Below are positions 12,631-29,879 of a stretch of 64,000 nucleotides of DNA, in pieces (position 1 is the first letter of the stretch; every line of letters starts with the position of its first letter). The notes below the pieces were generated by a model. It did no database searches. It saw nothing but the letters and a program-made list of their open reading frames with translations, and was not told the DNA's origin. The position numbers and the translations under genes were made by a program. Source of the stretch: the human T2T-CHM13v2.0 reference genome, Homo sapiens; NCBI RefSeq assembly GCF_009914755.1, contig NC_060929.1. The stretch is one strand, 5' to 3'.

Positions 12631-15600
12631 TAAATATTTTAATGTGATTGGTTTCAACAGTTTATACCCACAGTTTTGATGTGAAACTGACAAACCTATG
12701 GGCTGACAGCCACAGCCCATGTAGAGGAATGACTCTAAGCACACTTAATTTTGTTTAAAAAAAAAAAAATCTAGATCACTGCTAATGTTCAGATCTGAAA
12801 TGAAGAATGAGGTGATTTTATTCTTCCATTGTAGGATCTCATACGACGTTCTAAATCCTAGATCATAAACAGAATGTTAGATCAGGAAGGGGCCTTAGCA
12901 ATAATGGCTCAAGCCTCCCATTGGACAGATGAGCAAGGTGAGGCCAAGAAGCGTGAGTGATATGGAAGCCTCCAGCTTGAATACACTTCTTAAATGAATG
13001 AGTGTCGGCATGGAACAGAATCACGTGCGTGGCTCTTGTCCACTTTCCCGAAGCCCTTTGATTAACTCCTTGGCCCTACTAGCTTTAGACAGTTCCCTGA
13101 TCAGTACATCATTAAGCAACCAAAATATCTCATTAAATCCAAGGAGCAGCGTATTTGCCACTGCAAGGCTTGTGGATGTGGCAGCCCTGGGGTAAGGGAC
13201 CTGCTGCACGGTGACATGACCATCGCTGTGGGGTGCTGGGTGATTGGTGTTGATGTGTACCCTGTACTCCTTTGTTACGCAAGGGTGGTTTGAACTTAGC
13301 TTTCAGTAGCTGTTTCATTCAAACCGTGGGTCCCTGCATGTTCATGGCCCCACACTTCAGGGAACCAGCATCTACCCGGTTGTAATGTTCCCCTAATGTT
13401 CCCCAACTCCAGAGGCGCCATTTCTTGCCCTGGCTTATAGCTAGGGAACATTGCCTCTAAATCTTATAGTGAGAATTTCCATGAGGTTGTACAGTGAGTG
13501 GTACAACCATTTTTAGCTGGTCTGTCCCCTTCTTTAACCTAAGGAAACCACTTAAACTCTTGGAGAGAGAAAGGGTGCCTAGTTCTTGTGTGCTTTTGTT
13601 TACATATACATATTGTAGACGCTAATGTCAAGTCTTGTTAGTAAAGTGCACTTTAAGTTATGTAGCCTAACTTAAAAACAGGTACTATATAAAAAAAATT
13701 TGCTGAATCTATGTGTAGCTGACAGCCACCTATAAAAGTGCATATATCTTATGCAGTCTTTTAGAGATCCTGGTTGATTGCAAATGAAGCAGAGAAAAAC
13801 ATTATCACTAAAATGAAATATTTTAAAAGATACTGGCTATAATTCTCCTGGAACCACTTGGACTTGACAGAGGTTTTTCAAAAATGATTTAGGAGGCCCA
13901 CCTTTGATGCTCTTCCCAGCAGAAAGTTGCAAGTTAATAGATTTAATGTCCACTCTTGAGAAGAAAATAAAGTCTAAACTTAAGGTCTTATCATCTCGTT
14001 TTTCCCTTTTGAGATCAGATAGTATACTATATATTTGTGACTTTTCTGAGTGGAGTTTGGGTTATTTTGATTCCACAATGCAATTTCTCTCATTTTGAAC
14101 ATTTGCATGATTTTAGACATTTTGCCTTTAAAAGGGCAGGCAACAGGCCCTTTTACGTTTCTCATCAGATTTTTCTCTACATCCTGTTTTAAGTGTGATT
14201 AGATCAGTTGATGAGTCACATGATGTTTTTTGCTGCTTCAATGACAGAAATAGAGATTCAAAATAACCACACAGAGGAGTATCCCAGACACGTTGCTCAA
14301 AAACATGCTTTCCTACGGTTTGAGTGCTTTATATGAGAGCCATCAGAGGACTGTGTGTGAGGGCGATGTCTACAGAATGCAGGCAGGAGCTGCTGGCTTT
14401 GAACCGGCTGAATGTGCAATGCAGACATCTCAACACTCCACGTCTTTCAAAGCTCTTCCTCACACTCCACTGCAATTTTGGTTCCAAAGAAAGGTGAGGA
14501 GCAGAACTTAGAAGATAAAGGACCCCTTTTTCTGGACTGTGCACTAGTTTGATTGATGAAGACGTCGTCCTAAGTTTAGAAGTCAGCTCACCTGCAAAGC
14601 TGGTACTAACCGGCACATGCTGTCCTGGGCACTGTTCTGCTGGGAGTTACTGAAGTAGAAAGATTTTTAAATACAAGAAAATATTTCTCAAGGAAATGTA
14701 ATTACAACACTATAAATACTTGCTATTTTGTGGAACACACACACACTCGCACTTCAGTTTGAAGGGGGAAAAAAAAAACCAGTCAGCTACTGAGTCTTCA
14801 AATCGATGTGTTCCTAGAAACCAAGGATATAGAAAAGTTACTCTCCCCCTGCCCCTTCCCTCCAGAAGATCCCCAAATGGGGAACAAGTAAGAGAGCAGA
14901 GAGCTGTTAACATTTCACACTTCTTATTCTGAAAATATAAGTGAATAAATTTTGAGAGTTATGATATGTAATGATTATTCCAACCAGGAGAGAGATCCAG
15001 AGGGCTGGGAGTGAGCACTCCTGAGCTGGCCCCGCTGCGACGCATCCTGGCGTCTGGAGAACTCAGCCCAACTCTGTCACTACCCTGGGAGCTCCCAGGC
15101 CTCCCCATCCTGGGCCCCCCACCCCCTGCACCTCCCAAGGTTATTTATTGGGAAGACTCAGAGAGTGAAGTATAAAGTGCTTTTACTATTGTAAAGAAGC
15201 TTTATTTGGCCCCATCTGATACATCCTAAGCCAATATTAAATGTTTCAGTTTCTTAGGGAATCGGCTATCCAGGACATTTCCAAGCCAAACTACCAGCTA
15301 ATGCTAAAAATCAAGGCAAAGTAAAAACAAAGGAAGAGTAACTTTGGCACAAGACAAACCCGATGCAGGCAGTCATGGGGGATGACTGTTTTTTACCCAG
15401 AAATGCAAACAAGTGGCCTTCTGTGCCCCATTTAAAGAATCCCAAACGGGAGAGTTTCCTGCCAATGTGCAAATCCGTCAATACTCCCTGAGCCATGTGG
15501 CCGGCAGGTCCAATCCTACCGTGACTTTCCAAGCGCAAGCCTCGTCTAGTTCTTTTTGCTCAGTTGTTGTCTCACTGACGCCCTTTGCCACTGAGATCCC

Positions 15601-16366
15601 TGTAAGTCACTACAGAACAAATGGCAACTGCACATTTAGGATGACGTCCCTTGTGCTACTCAAACAGGCCACCAAAGGAGGAGCTCTAGAAAACCCTTAC
15701 TATTTCCTATGCTTTGAGCTGCCCAAACCTATTATTTCTCAGCATCTAAATGAAAAACTACTTCATGGCCTTGTATTTTTAGATTGTATTCATCCACAAG
15801 CAATCACTCAGTTTTGGAGAAAGTCACACCTGGTCTTTCCCTGGTCTTTGACATGAGAATCTCACAGGCATGGTAACTTTCTAAAATGCAGCTGTCAGCT
15901 GAATGCCCTACAATGAAAAATAAATGTTTTGGGGGAATGTTTCTTTGGTCACAAAAGTCAAAAAGTTGCCCCAATGACTCTGAAAAGTGGGAAGGAGAAA
16001 GGTCACCCTCCCTGGTTTGATCTCTCATGTCTAGCTGGATGATGGGACTCGATTAGAAGAAACGCAGGAGAATATGCCAGTTCTCAGTTTTGCCTCAAAG
16101 TTGTTAGGCTGTGACTTAAGCAGCCCAAGTGAAGAAAATGTACGAAGAAGGATCACGTGCTTTAAGGTGAAAGGTTTGAACAAGTCCTGCCAAATCAGCT
16201 CCATTGTGGTGGCCTGAGTGTGGCATTGCTTCCTGTGTTCTCAGAAACTCTAACCAAATATTATGGCCCACTGATCTTGATCACTGAAGGAATCTCTGGA
16301 GTTGTATTTCCTCATCTCATAATGAGGAGGCCCTTGCTGATCCTTCCTGGATTTAGAGGGAAAGGA

Positions 16367-16664
16367 TTTTTTTTTTTTTTGAGATGGAGTTTTGCTCTTG
16401 TCACCCAGGCTGGAGTGCGATGGCGCGATCTCGGCTCACTACAACCTCTGCCTCCCAGGATCAAGCAAATTCTCCTGCCTCAGCCTCCTGAGTAGCTGGG
16501 ATTACAGGTATGTGCTACCACCCCCAGCTAATTTTTATGTTTTTAGTAGAGACAGGGTTTCGCCATGTTGGCCAGGCTGGTCTCAAACTCCTGACCTTAA
16601 GTGATCCACCCTCCTTGGCCTCCCAAAGTGTTGGGATTACAGGCATGAGCCACCATGCCCGGCC
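16367..16664 (-). mobile_element. AluS in ANKH 3'UTR (sense to ANKH)
   Basis: Full dimer, poly-T at 16367-16380. Confidence 0.95.
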
Positions 16665-17303
16665 TGCTTTCTCAGTTTGGATCTTTAAGCTCCAACCCCA
16701 GAAGCATGAAAGTCACACATGTTAAAAAATACTGTTTAATTTTCTAGTAATGTCCTTTAAAAAAAGCTGATACATTTGAGATTTTTTTTTAATCTTCTCA
16801 GATCTGCCTCTGAAACCACTGCAAAGCAGCTATGCAACTTAATTTTTCAGTACTCATATATGTATTAATGGAGGAAAAGCCACTCTGAGGAAGCACGCCA
16901 AGGACATGTCCCCACGTGGGCACACCCCATCAGCACTGGGTACCCAGGAATGTGAATGCAACCCTGGCATGTTCACAGCTAACATTATGCCCTTGCATTC
17001 TTTTTTGCTGTGAGGAACAATATGATCACACAGCACTGAAAACGGTAGACACAAAGGGCCTGCCTTTTTCTTTCTCATTTTTGCCTTTCCAGCTTGCACT
17101 TCTATTCCTACTCCAGTGACCCATTTATTCCCCAGTTACCCATAATGAAAAATAGTTCTGTCATTTACTGAGCCTTACATTCAAATGCAAATGACGGACT
17201 TTATAAAACTGCTGCCAATAAGGTACAATGTTCATTGATACAATACGTTTCAACTGCAGGTATGTTGAGCACACAAGCAATCACCGTATTGTATTAGAGA
17301 CAT

Positions 17304-17309
17304 TTTATT
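17304..17309 (-). terminator. Candidate proximal ANKH poly(A) signal AATAAA
   Basis: tttatt on +; upstream on - an AU-rich region with several TGTA (CFIm-type) motifs; downstream on - a GU-rich 'gattgcttgtgtg'. Confidence 0.65.
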
Positions 17310-18668
17310 GAAAATGCGAAAATAGGAAATGTATTATAGCCTAAAATAAATTACATAACATATACAGCATATATTTATATCTTTAAAATATTTTTTTGTT
17401 TAGGTTCTTTCAGTCTAGGAATTCTGACTAAATCAATTTAGTGAACCGTGTCTATAATTTTTTTAAAGGAAAAAACCTGCTTTCCAAAACTTAGAAAAAT
17501 ATACTGCACTGCATGGATTTCGAATGCGTTATTTCAGGGAGGACCACATAGTGACTCTGGTATCGTTATAAAATGTCTTGCTTTATCGTATGGTGTGGGA
17601 GGGAAGTACCGTAGTACATTCTCAATTACCTGTACCGCAGAGTTATGACTAAGGATAGCAGAACCAGGTAATATATCTACTTCAAAAGTTACCCTACAGC
17701 AACCTGGCATTAGAATGCTGGATGAGACTTAAAGCTTCAGTTCACTGTAAAAACTAAAATGCAAAGTTAGGATGCTCCATGTGACTCGCTCTAATGCGAC
17801 CTTCAGGAAAGGCGAGGGAAAAGCAAGCCTTCAGGAAAAGTCATGCGGCAGGGTCTGGAATCTGGAGATGCGCTTTTGTGACAATTTAAAAAAGTTAGCT
17901 CATGTATATACACGGTGGGGGTGAGAACTGACAGCTTGCTCAGATCTAGGAGAACGCAGAGTGAAATGCTATCATTCAACCATGTCAGTTTGCTGCCCCC
18001 GGGGCATTTCAAACCAAACCTTTCTACGGGAGATTCTGTCCATCTGTCAGCCTGCTGTGGTCACAGGTCTCCGTTCCTCAGTGTGAACGGGGACTCCGGG
18101 CTGCAGCGTGCCACCCGCCTCCTGCATGTGTGGAGTAGATGGTTTCGAACTCCGTGGCGGAAGGGAAATTTAAGAGGCCACCGGGGCTCCATCTCTTTGT
18201 ACGGCCATGTGACTGGGAAGCAAATCAAAGGAAGCCGAGTTTTAACCTGTTGATTCTTAAGAGCGATGAAGGGGGACAGGAGAGTCTGTGGCCTGCTGTG
18301 CAGGGTGACCGAGGCGCGATGGCACAGCTGCAGTCCTTTGGTTCCAAGAGGAGATTGTCCAGGGGAGGAGGACACAACGTCAACCGTGAGGCAGCTGTGT
18401 CTTTTGGGTTTTCGTGAGGCAGGGGTATGAAGTCAGTTGTTTCGTTTGTTTTTACATAGCAACAGTAAAGACCATTCACTAGGTCCCCCCGTCAGTGTGA
18501 GCATACCCAGTATGCTAGAGAATTGACACGAAACCTTTAAATCAAGGCCTCTTTCATTACCAAAACAAAACAAAAAAAAGGGAACAAAATACGATGGGAG
18601 AGGGAAGAGATGATGCCGAAGTGTCATCCTGACTGACTGTCCCTGCAGTGCCCATGGCGTCCCGTGCC

Positions 18669-18782
<114 letters not shown>

Positions 18783-19119
18783 CTAGACCAAAGAAGACTC
18801 ATCAGTGTGGGGCTGTGGATGGGGACACTGCACAGCAGAACCACGAGCAGGGAGACAACACCGGGGTCTTGGGGGACCCCTCACTGTAGGCTTAAACCTT
18901 CTTATGGTTGGGGTGGCGTCACCTCTTTTGCATCTTAGCTCAGTGTGTTCCTTGCAGTTTGGTTGTCTGTGTGCCTGCTGTGTGCCTGGCACTGAGCTAG
19001 GCAGGCACTTCGGAGGACACCGTGTCCCACTGCCCCGCCCCAGACAACCCGCTCCCTGCTGCCCTTTCCAATGAGGGCTGCGCTCTCCCCGACTCCTCAC
19101 AGTCACCTGTAGACTGCTT

Positions 19120-20477
<1,358 letters not shown>

Positions 20478-20951
20478 TTAAGGCCAAGTCAAGGCACAAC
20501 CGTCGATGCCAAAACCCAGGAAAGTAAGTGTAGCCTCGAGACGGCTGAGACCAGCGGCGTTCTCCATCTGCTGGCTTCGTAAGGGCCGCAGCTAATAACC
20601 TAATGTGTGAGGGGAACCAGGAACTCGGGGCTGGGCCACCTCCCTCCCACAGCACATGGATCCCACAGCCCTTCCCACCCTCCCCAGGACGCTGGGAGCT
20701 CCCTGAGCGCAGGGACCATGTCCTTCTCTTCTGGTTTTCATGTCCAGCATACGTTCAAGCCCGTGCAGGGCCGGCCATGCCCTGACAGGAGCTCAGTGGC
20801 TATTATTCGTGTCTGGGCCTGATTTCAAAAGCACTTTTCTAAAATGGATCCCAAGAGCCTCCACCTGGTGCCTGGGCAGACACACAAAACATCATTCTGA
20901 ATTTCCGATTCTAGACGTGCCTGGGGATTTCCCCTGAAAATGTAGCTGTTA

Positions 20952-21275
<324 letters not shown>

Positions 21276-22606
21276 TCATCTTCCTGCCAGGGTTCCCCAT
21301 CCCTGCTCCTGAGCCTAGGCCCGCCTCGGCTCCCCGCCTCCTCACAGCCCTTTGGATCTAAATGGCTGGGACCAGGCAGGCTCCTTTCTCCACTGGGACA
21401 GCATCTTCCAGGCAGCCTAGCTGCTCTTGTCCAGTCCTGTCCCCACACTTGGCCAGCCTCGCCCTCTGATCATCTACCTCTAGAAGAGAACACTCAGAGA
21501 AAAGTGGCACTCTAGTGTGATGCTGCGTGAGCAGAAAAGCTGGCATCAGAAGCCATCTTCCCTGCCTGCGGTCAGAGGTGTGGGGACCAAGCAGTGGGGT
21601 AGGAGGAGGAAGCTGCTCGTCCCCACTTCCCTCTGTTCTTTCCCTGGACTGGTCCTGACCACTTCCACCGAGGTCACTTCCCTTTCTCCCTCCTAATGGT
21701 GTGGGCCCTCGTTGGTGTGCTGCCATTTCACCAAGGGCTGCATGGCCTGCCCATGCCTGCCTCTTCACTGGATCTCTGAGCTGCAGGAGGGCCATGGGTG
21801 GACAGCGGGGAACTGTGGAGAGCACGGGGCTTGCCCTTGTCAGTAGGAAGGCCCTGAGCATCTAGATTCCATCTGAAACTGGAAAGGCTTGAGGACGCGC
21901 AGGGCAGGGCCTGGGCCTTGAAGAGAGGGCCTGTTAACCTCCCTGTGGACAGCACCAGGCAAGGGCTCTTGGAGGAGGAAGTGCTCATTCCTGGGATAAA
22001 AATTCCTTTCCAGGATATGCTGGTTTGGAAGGAAGTCTTTGCCGTCTTCTTGGTCTAACAGTGTGTCCTGCCTTCCTCTGGGTGGAAGCCTTATATTAAT
22101 ACTAACGAGGCTAATTTTCTTCTCTTAGGCAGGCAGACAGACCCACTGAGGTTTTTGACCAAAGGAGAGAGTCAGGATCCCAGGCATATGCTAAACTGGT
22201 TGGCCCAAATCCAACAGATTGCAAAGAGTGGCAGGGCCTGGCAGCTGTCTGGAAGCCCTTCATCTTACAGACAAGGAAGTGGTGTCAAATGGACAGTAAA
22301 GGTGAATCACATACTCAGCTATAGCCTGCTCCCAGCTGGGGCACTCCAGGCCCCTCCTCTGGTCACTACTGTAGAAATTAACTGCATGTGTCTCAATCTG
22401 CGAGTGCAGCTGCTTCTAGATGGTGGCACCTTCCAGAGCTTGGTTCGCCCTGTGTCTACCCAACAAGTACAGATGCCATCCCGGTGCTGTGATCTTCCAG
22501 CCATTTCTCCATTTCTGTCACAGCCCAGAAAGTGACGCCGCAAGGCCTTAGAGCAAGGGCCGTTCCATCAGCCCTGGCCTACCTGGGGCTCCATGGCTCC
22601 TTTCTT

Positions 22607-22902
<296 letters not shown>

Positions 22903-23691
22903 CATGGCTCCTTTCTTAACATTGTGGCTTTGTAGATTCTGGCTTTCCAGTTTAATGATTTAGGTGGATCTTTTGGGGAAACCGATTTTTGACTAGGTGA
23001 CACACCTGGTACAGAATTTAAAAGATACAAAAGGGAATAGAATACAAAGGTCTTCTTCCCAGTGGTGACTTCCCAGGCCCTTGTCCTGCTTCCCACAGGC
23101 AACCACTGTTAGCAGCTTGGTGAGTTACTTATACAAAAAGAATGTAGCTATGCAAGCAGTTAGCACATCCATATGACGATACAGACATACACGTGCTACA
23201 TATTTGCTATGGAAATGGTTGTATACTAATCAACCATTCTGCAACCTGCTTTTCTGATTTAATCTAGAACAACCTCATTCTTGTGTATAGTACACCTCAC
23301 ACCACTATATTGGCTTGGTATAATAACTTTCCAACTGGCTTTTGTCTCAGCCATGGGCAGTTTCTTTTCTGACCATCCATCTGGCCTCAGGTTCCCCTGG
23401 AGTCTTCCTTTCTCCAGCAGTCCTTCTCTGTCTTTGTATATCTCCAGGCTTTAGCAATACGCTCACTCTATTTTTCTTTTTTTGATTTCACTTTTTAAAT
23501 TAAAGTATTGTAAAACTGGCTTTTTGGTGCACAGTTTTGAGAATTTCAGTACATGAACACATTTGTGTTCCCACCACCACAATCAAGACAGAGGGCCGTT
23601 TTATTGTCCCCAAAGCTCCACATGCTATCCTTTCAGGTCTACTTCCTTTTTACTGTTTTTGTAATCACTGCACTTTTAAAAACAAGTTGTA

Positions 23692-23998
<307 letters not shown>

Positions 23999-24130
23999 TT
24001 ATACTGTTTGATTCATTTCTTGAACTTTTAACCTACTGGCTAATGTTTTTGCATCTTTCTAAGCCACAGTGAAATTTTACATTTGTGTTGGTGACATAAT
24101 TGCAAACATTTCCAAAGAAAGATTTAATTA

Positions 24131-24322
<192 letters not shown>

Positions 24323-25181
24323 TCAAACAGGGTTGTGAGGAAAAAGTGTAAGCAGGTGAAATGAGCAGATCAGGTGTGGCACAATCCTTGGAGAGTTACG
24401 AAAGAGGGACAACCGGCCTGACTGGGTGGTGGGCATGCTGGTCCCAGATCTGCCACCTGCTTGCTTGACTCTCTTCTGACCACAGAGGCCCTGGTCCATT
24501 AGCCATGTCTGTACCCAGGGGACCCCCACGGCAGAGCAGATGTGGCTCCTCCAAGAGTGGGTCATTTATTTCTGAGTGGGTGAGCAGACCCGTTCAGAAC
24601 CAGTGTGCTTTGGGGCAAGGGTTAAGGAGAGTGCCAAACAGCTCAGCCAGTTCCACGTGGACATGTTTATTCATATAATTTTTACAGCTTTAACAAGCAA
24701 TAAAAAAAGACCTGAAAGTACTTGGATGTGTACAGAACCACGCAGAATCAGCACACATAATGAAAAGGGAAATATTAGTATTTAGAGTAAGGATCAGCCT
24801 ATGAACCTTTCAAAGTCTAGTTAAGAGAATAAAAGATGAGACAGCAACAGAATGTGGAACTCTGGAAAGCAGATGGGCAGATGGTAAACTGATGTAACAG
24901 ACACAGGAAAAGGGAATCTTGAACCCGATGGGGAAAGTGGAGCTCTCTCCCCACCTCCCTTCCCCACAGATCAGAAAGTGCGGCACAGGTCCTTCCAGAG
25001 ACAGGGTGAAGGCAGGGTCCAGAGCAGGATGGCTGGAAGTCAAGTTAGTAAGCAATCCATCCACAGCTCCCCTTGCGCAGCTGGTGACTACATCTCCCCG
25101 AATTTGACAGGAAACAGGAGGTTAGTCTCTGGATGAGGTAAAACAGAGGGGTACCTGGCATGGCCCAGGGCAGAGTTACTA

Positions 25182-25415
25182 CAGGTTGAGTAACCCTTAT
25201 CTGAAATGCTTGGGACCAAAAGTGTTTTAGATTCTGAATTTTTCAGATTTTAGAATTTTTGCATTATACTTACAGGTTACACATCCCTAATCCCAAAATA
25301 CAAAGTCCAGAATGCTCTGATAAACATTTACTTTGAGAGTCATGTCAGCGCTCAAAAGTTTCAGATTTTGGAGCATTTTGGATTTTCGATTTTTGGATTA
25401 GGCATACTCAATCTG
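25182..25415 (+). mobile_element. Tigger4a/MER46-type non-autonomous DNA transposon
   Basis: Ends caggttgagta...tactcaatctg (imperfect TIRs), TA duplicated on both sides; body matches my recollection of the Tigger4a consensus. Confidence 0.9.
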
Positions 25416-26000
25416 TACATGGAAAACGGGGGAATTAAGAGAAGGATGACATTTGCATGTTCGGGCTTCTTTCCTCTTCTACGCTCCCAGAACATGGGAA
25501 ACTGGTTGAGTCCTTCCCAGGTAGGTGACTGGAAATGGTCTCTGAGGAATCTGACCAGCCCAAGAGAAAAGACGTAAAGTTCCTGAAAATTAGAGTCTCC
25601 CAATGAAGCAGCCGCACTTGAGCAGCCATCAGTGAGGCCCTCGCAGGTGAGAAACCCCATCCTGGTGTTTACAGCTTCCAACCAACTACTAGTCTCCAGA
25701 TAAGGTAAAATGGGGTGGGGTGGGGGGTACCTGGTTGAGGGCAGAGTTACTACAACTAGTAACTAGTGCCCCACTTACCAAAATGAGCAGGCAACCAGGA
25801 AACCAGACTTTGACAAAGGCCTCCAATGTGAGGAGGTCAAAACTATGGAAAAAACTACAACTTAAGAGGAAACAAAGATAATACAGAAAGAGAGAAGGGA
25901 AAAAAAAAACTTTTCTCCACTGATATCCCCAGAGAAATGGGAGAAGACACTGCACCCATGAAACAAGAACAGAAGGAGAATGTTATAAAAAAGACATTCA

Positions 26001-27330
<1,330 letters not shown>

Positions 27331-29120
27331 AAAACCTGAATTTTAAAATCCAACAACATAACTTTGGAAGATCCTGTTAAAAACTTGACAGTTTCATCAA
27401 ATATTTATCTCCTTTTCTTAAAATGCAAGTGATTCTTCTCTACAATAAAACTGAATACATTCTAAAATGAATTAAGAACAGAACACTAAAATTTTAGAAT
27501 ATAACATTCTTTTAGGCTCTGAGTACACTAAGTTTCATGGAATTAGCCAAGCTCTATTTACTATGTCATGTTGAAATATTAAAAAAAAAATACACTGGAG
27601 ATCTATTATAAATATGTTTTGCTTTGTAAGTGCAATAGAGCCATTCCCCTACGTATTTTCTGCATCTGGCAAAGTATATTCCACTGGTTTTCAAAAATGG
27701 CAGAGGTACTATCTCATTTAATCCTACTGCTTGATGACAGTACTCACACCCCATCTTTGACATGAAGGAAAAAATACTTCCTTAGATCTAGCAACTTGGA
27801 GCTCAGGGACTTTATTACCTGAATGCCCTGGACAAGTGGCCCTGTCATCTTTTCCCACTGCAAAGCTACTAGCCTACAAGGGTGAGACATCGTACACAGT
27901 CATAGCCCTGGTATGGTGGCAACTTCACATTACAATTCAAAACAACACTCAGCATGGAGTTGGAACACTATTTCCCTGTCCATATCCCATCCCCACAAAT
28001 ACATGGATCATCCCTGCTTCCAGCTTTGCTTTATATTGGGCCCCCAATATGTCCCATAGCAGTAAAACTGTAAAGAATTGAGCTAAGGGATGACTGCCTT
28101 ACAGTCTGGGCTGGCTCTGTGCCTTAGAACCTACAGGAAGTAAGCCATTCTGTGTTTATCTAAGGGTTAGAGAGAGACCTAGGCCACATACTACTAAAAA
28201 CCTTAAGCTTCCAGGGAACCATTAGCATGCTTTACTGATTTTGCAGCCAGCAATGATCTGAATGTGAGATAATGCCTCACACAAATGTTGCAATTCTCTA
28301 GGCTTTGCAAAATCATTGTAAAGTGGCTCTTCAGTTACAAGAACCAAGGAAAAAGGAGGGTGTAATTGCACGTCAGAGAGAAAGATGGCGGAAATGGGCC
28401 TCTGTGGCAGATGAGCCAGGTAATCCCTGCTCTGGGATCCACAATCGGGTCATGTTCACCCAGAGGCGTTTTCCCATCTTGTAGAAGATCAGAAAACCTT
28501 TGGAGCAGTGGGTGGGGGGTCAGCTTGAGGACATGATAGTGAGTGTGCCCACATCACTTGACACATTGACATCAGTATCAGCCAAGCTGTGTAGGTGAGC
28601 ACAGTTATGGTACCTTGAACACAACCACGAAGTTAAGTAAGGTTTGATGGATTTCCAGTAGGAGCTTCCTGAGATGGTGGCTCAATAGTCCATTTCTAAA
28701 ATTCCACGGTATGATCCAACCTGGCACCACTCAGTCACTCTGTTTTTTATCTTGGTCTGTGCTGAGCACACCCTAAATGCCCCTTATCATGGCCATGTGC
28801 CAACAGAGGTGCTTCTTCAGTTTTCAACCACACACACCTACAGCCCAGACTGGGTCTTCGCGGGGTATCGGAACTGGAAGCGGTTAGTCTGATCTGGGGT
28901 TTGAACAATCACAGGTAACTAAAGGAAAGGAACGCCACATTTATCAAAGTCTCCTTTTTCTTCCTCCCTGAAGTCTCTGAAGCTCTTGCTATGCTTCCAG
29001 TAGGAAAATGGCGCTTCACTTTTCAGCAAGTTTTTCAACGAGTGGATATTTCTTGCGTATATAACTTAGGTATACATATAACTTAGAAAGGAATACATTT
29101 AACTTATAAGTGGATATGGT

Positions 29121-29491
<371 letters not shown>

Positions 29492-29879
29492 CTAGGCAAA
29501 GTACTGAGCCCTAGCATAATAATCAGACTACATTTAACAAGTCCATTTGAAAAAACAGGACGCTTTAGAAGTTCCCTTGACAAAGAGTATCAGGAACAGT
29601 GTCATTTTAATGAGTTCACCCAGAGTAGTCTCAACTCAGAACATGCCTCCCAGTTGACCATGATGTGCTGTGTTCCTCAAATATTTGCAGAGCCTAATGA
29701 CATTGACTTTTCCAAACCAGCACACACCCCTAATAATCTCCCACCAATGAACAAGAGTCGTTCCTCTGAGCAGCTGCAGAGGTGGGTTTTCTGCTGTCGA
29801 GTTTGTTGTCAATATTCTGTCAGGACACAGCCTTCAAAATCGAATAGTCCACCCAGTGCCCAGATCTTGGTTTTTCTAT

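Larger units (their letters stand above)
12275..18668 (-). other. ANKH: ANKH long 3'UTR
   Basis: Runs from the stop codon (18669-18671) to the distal signal; its length is consistent with my recollection of a ~8 kb ANKH mRNA. Confidence 0.7.
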
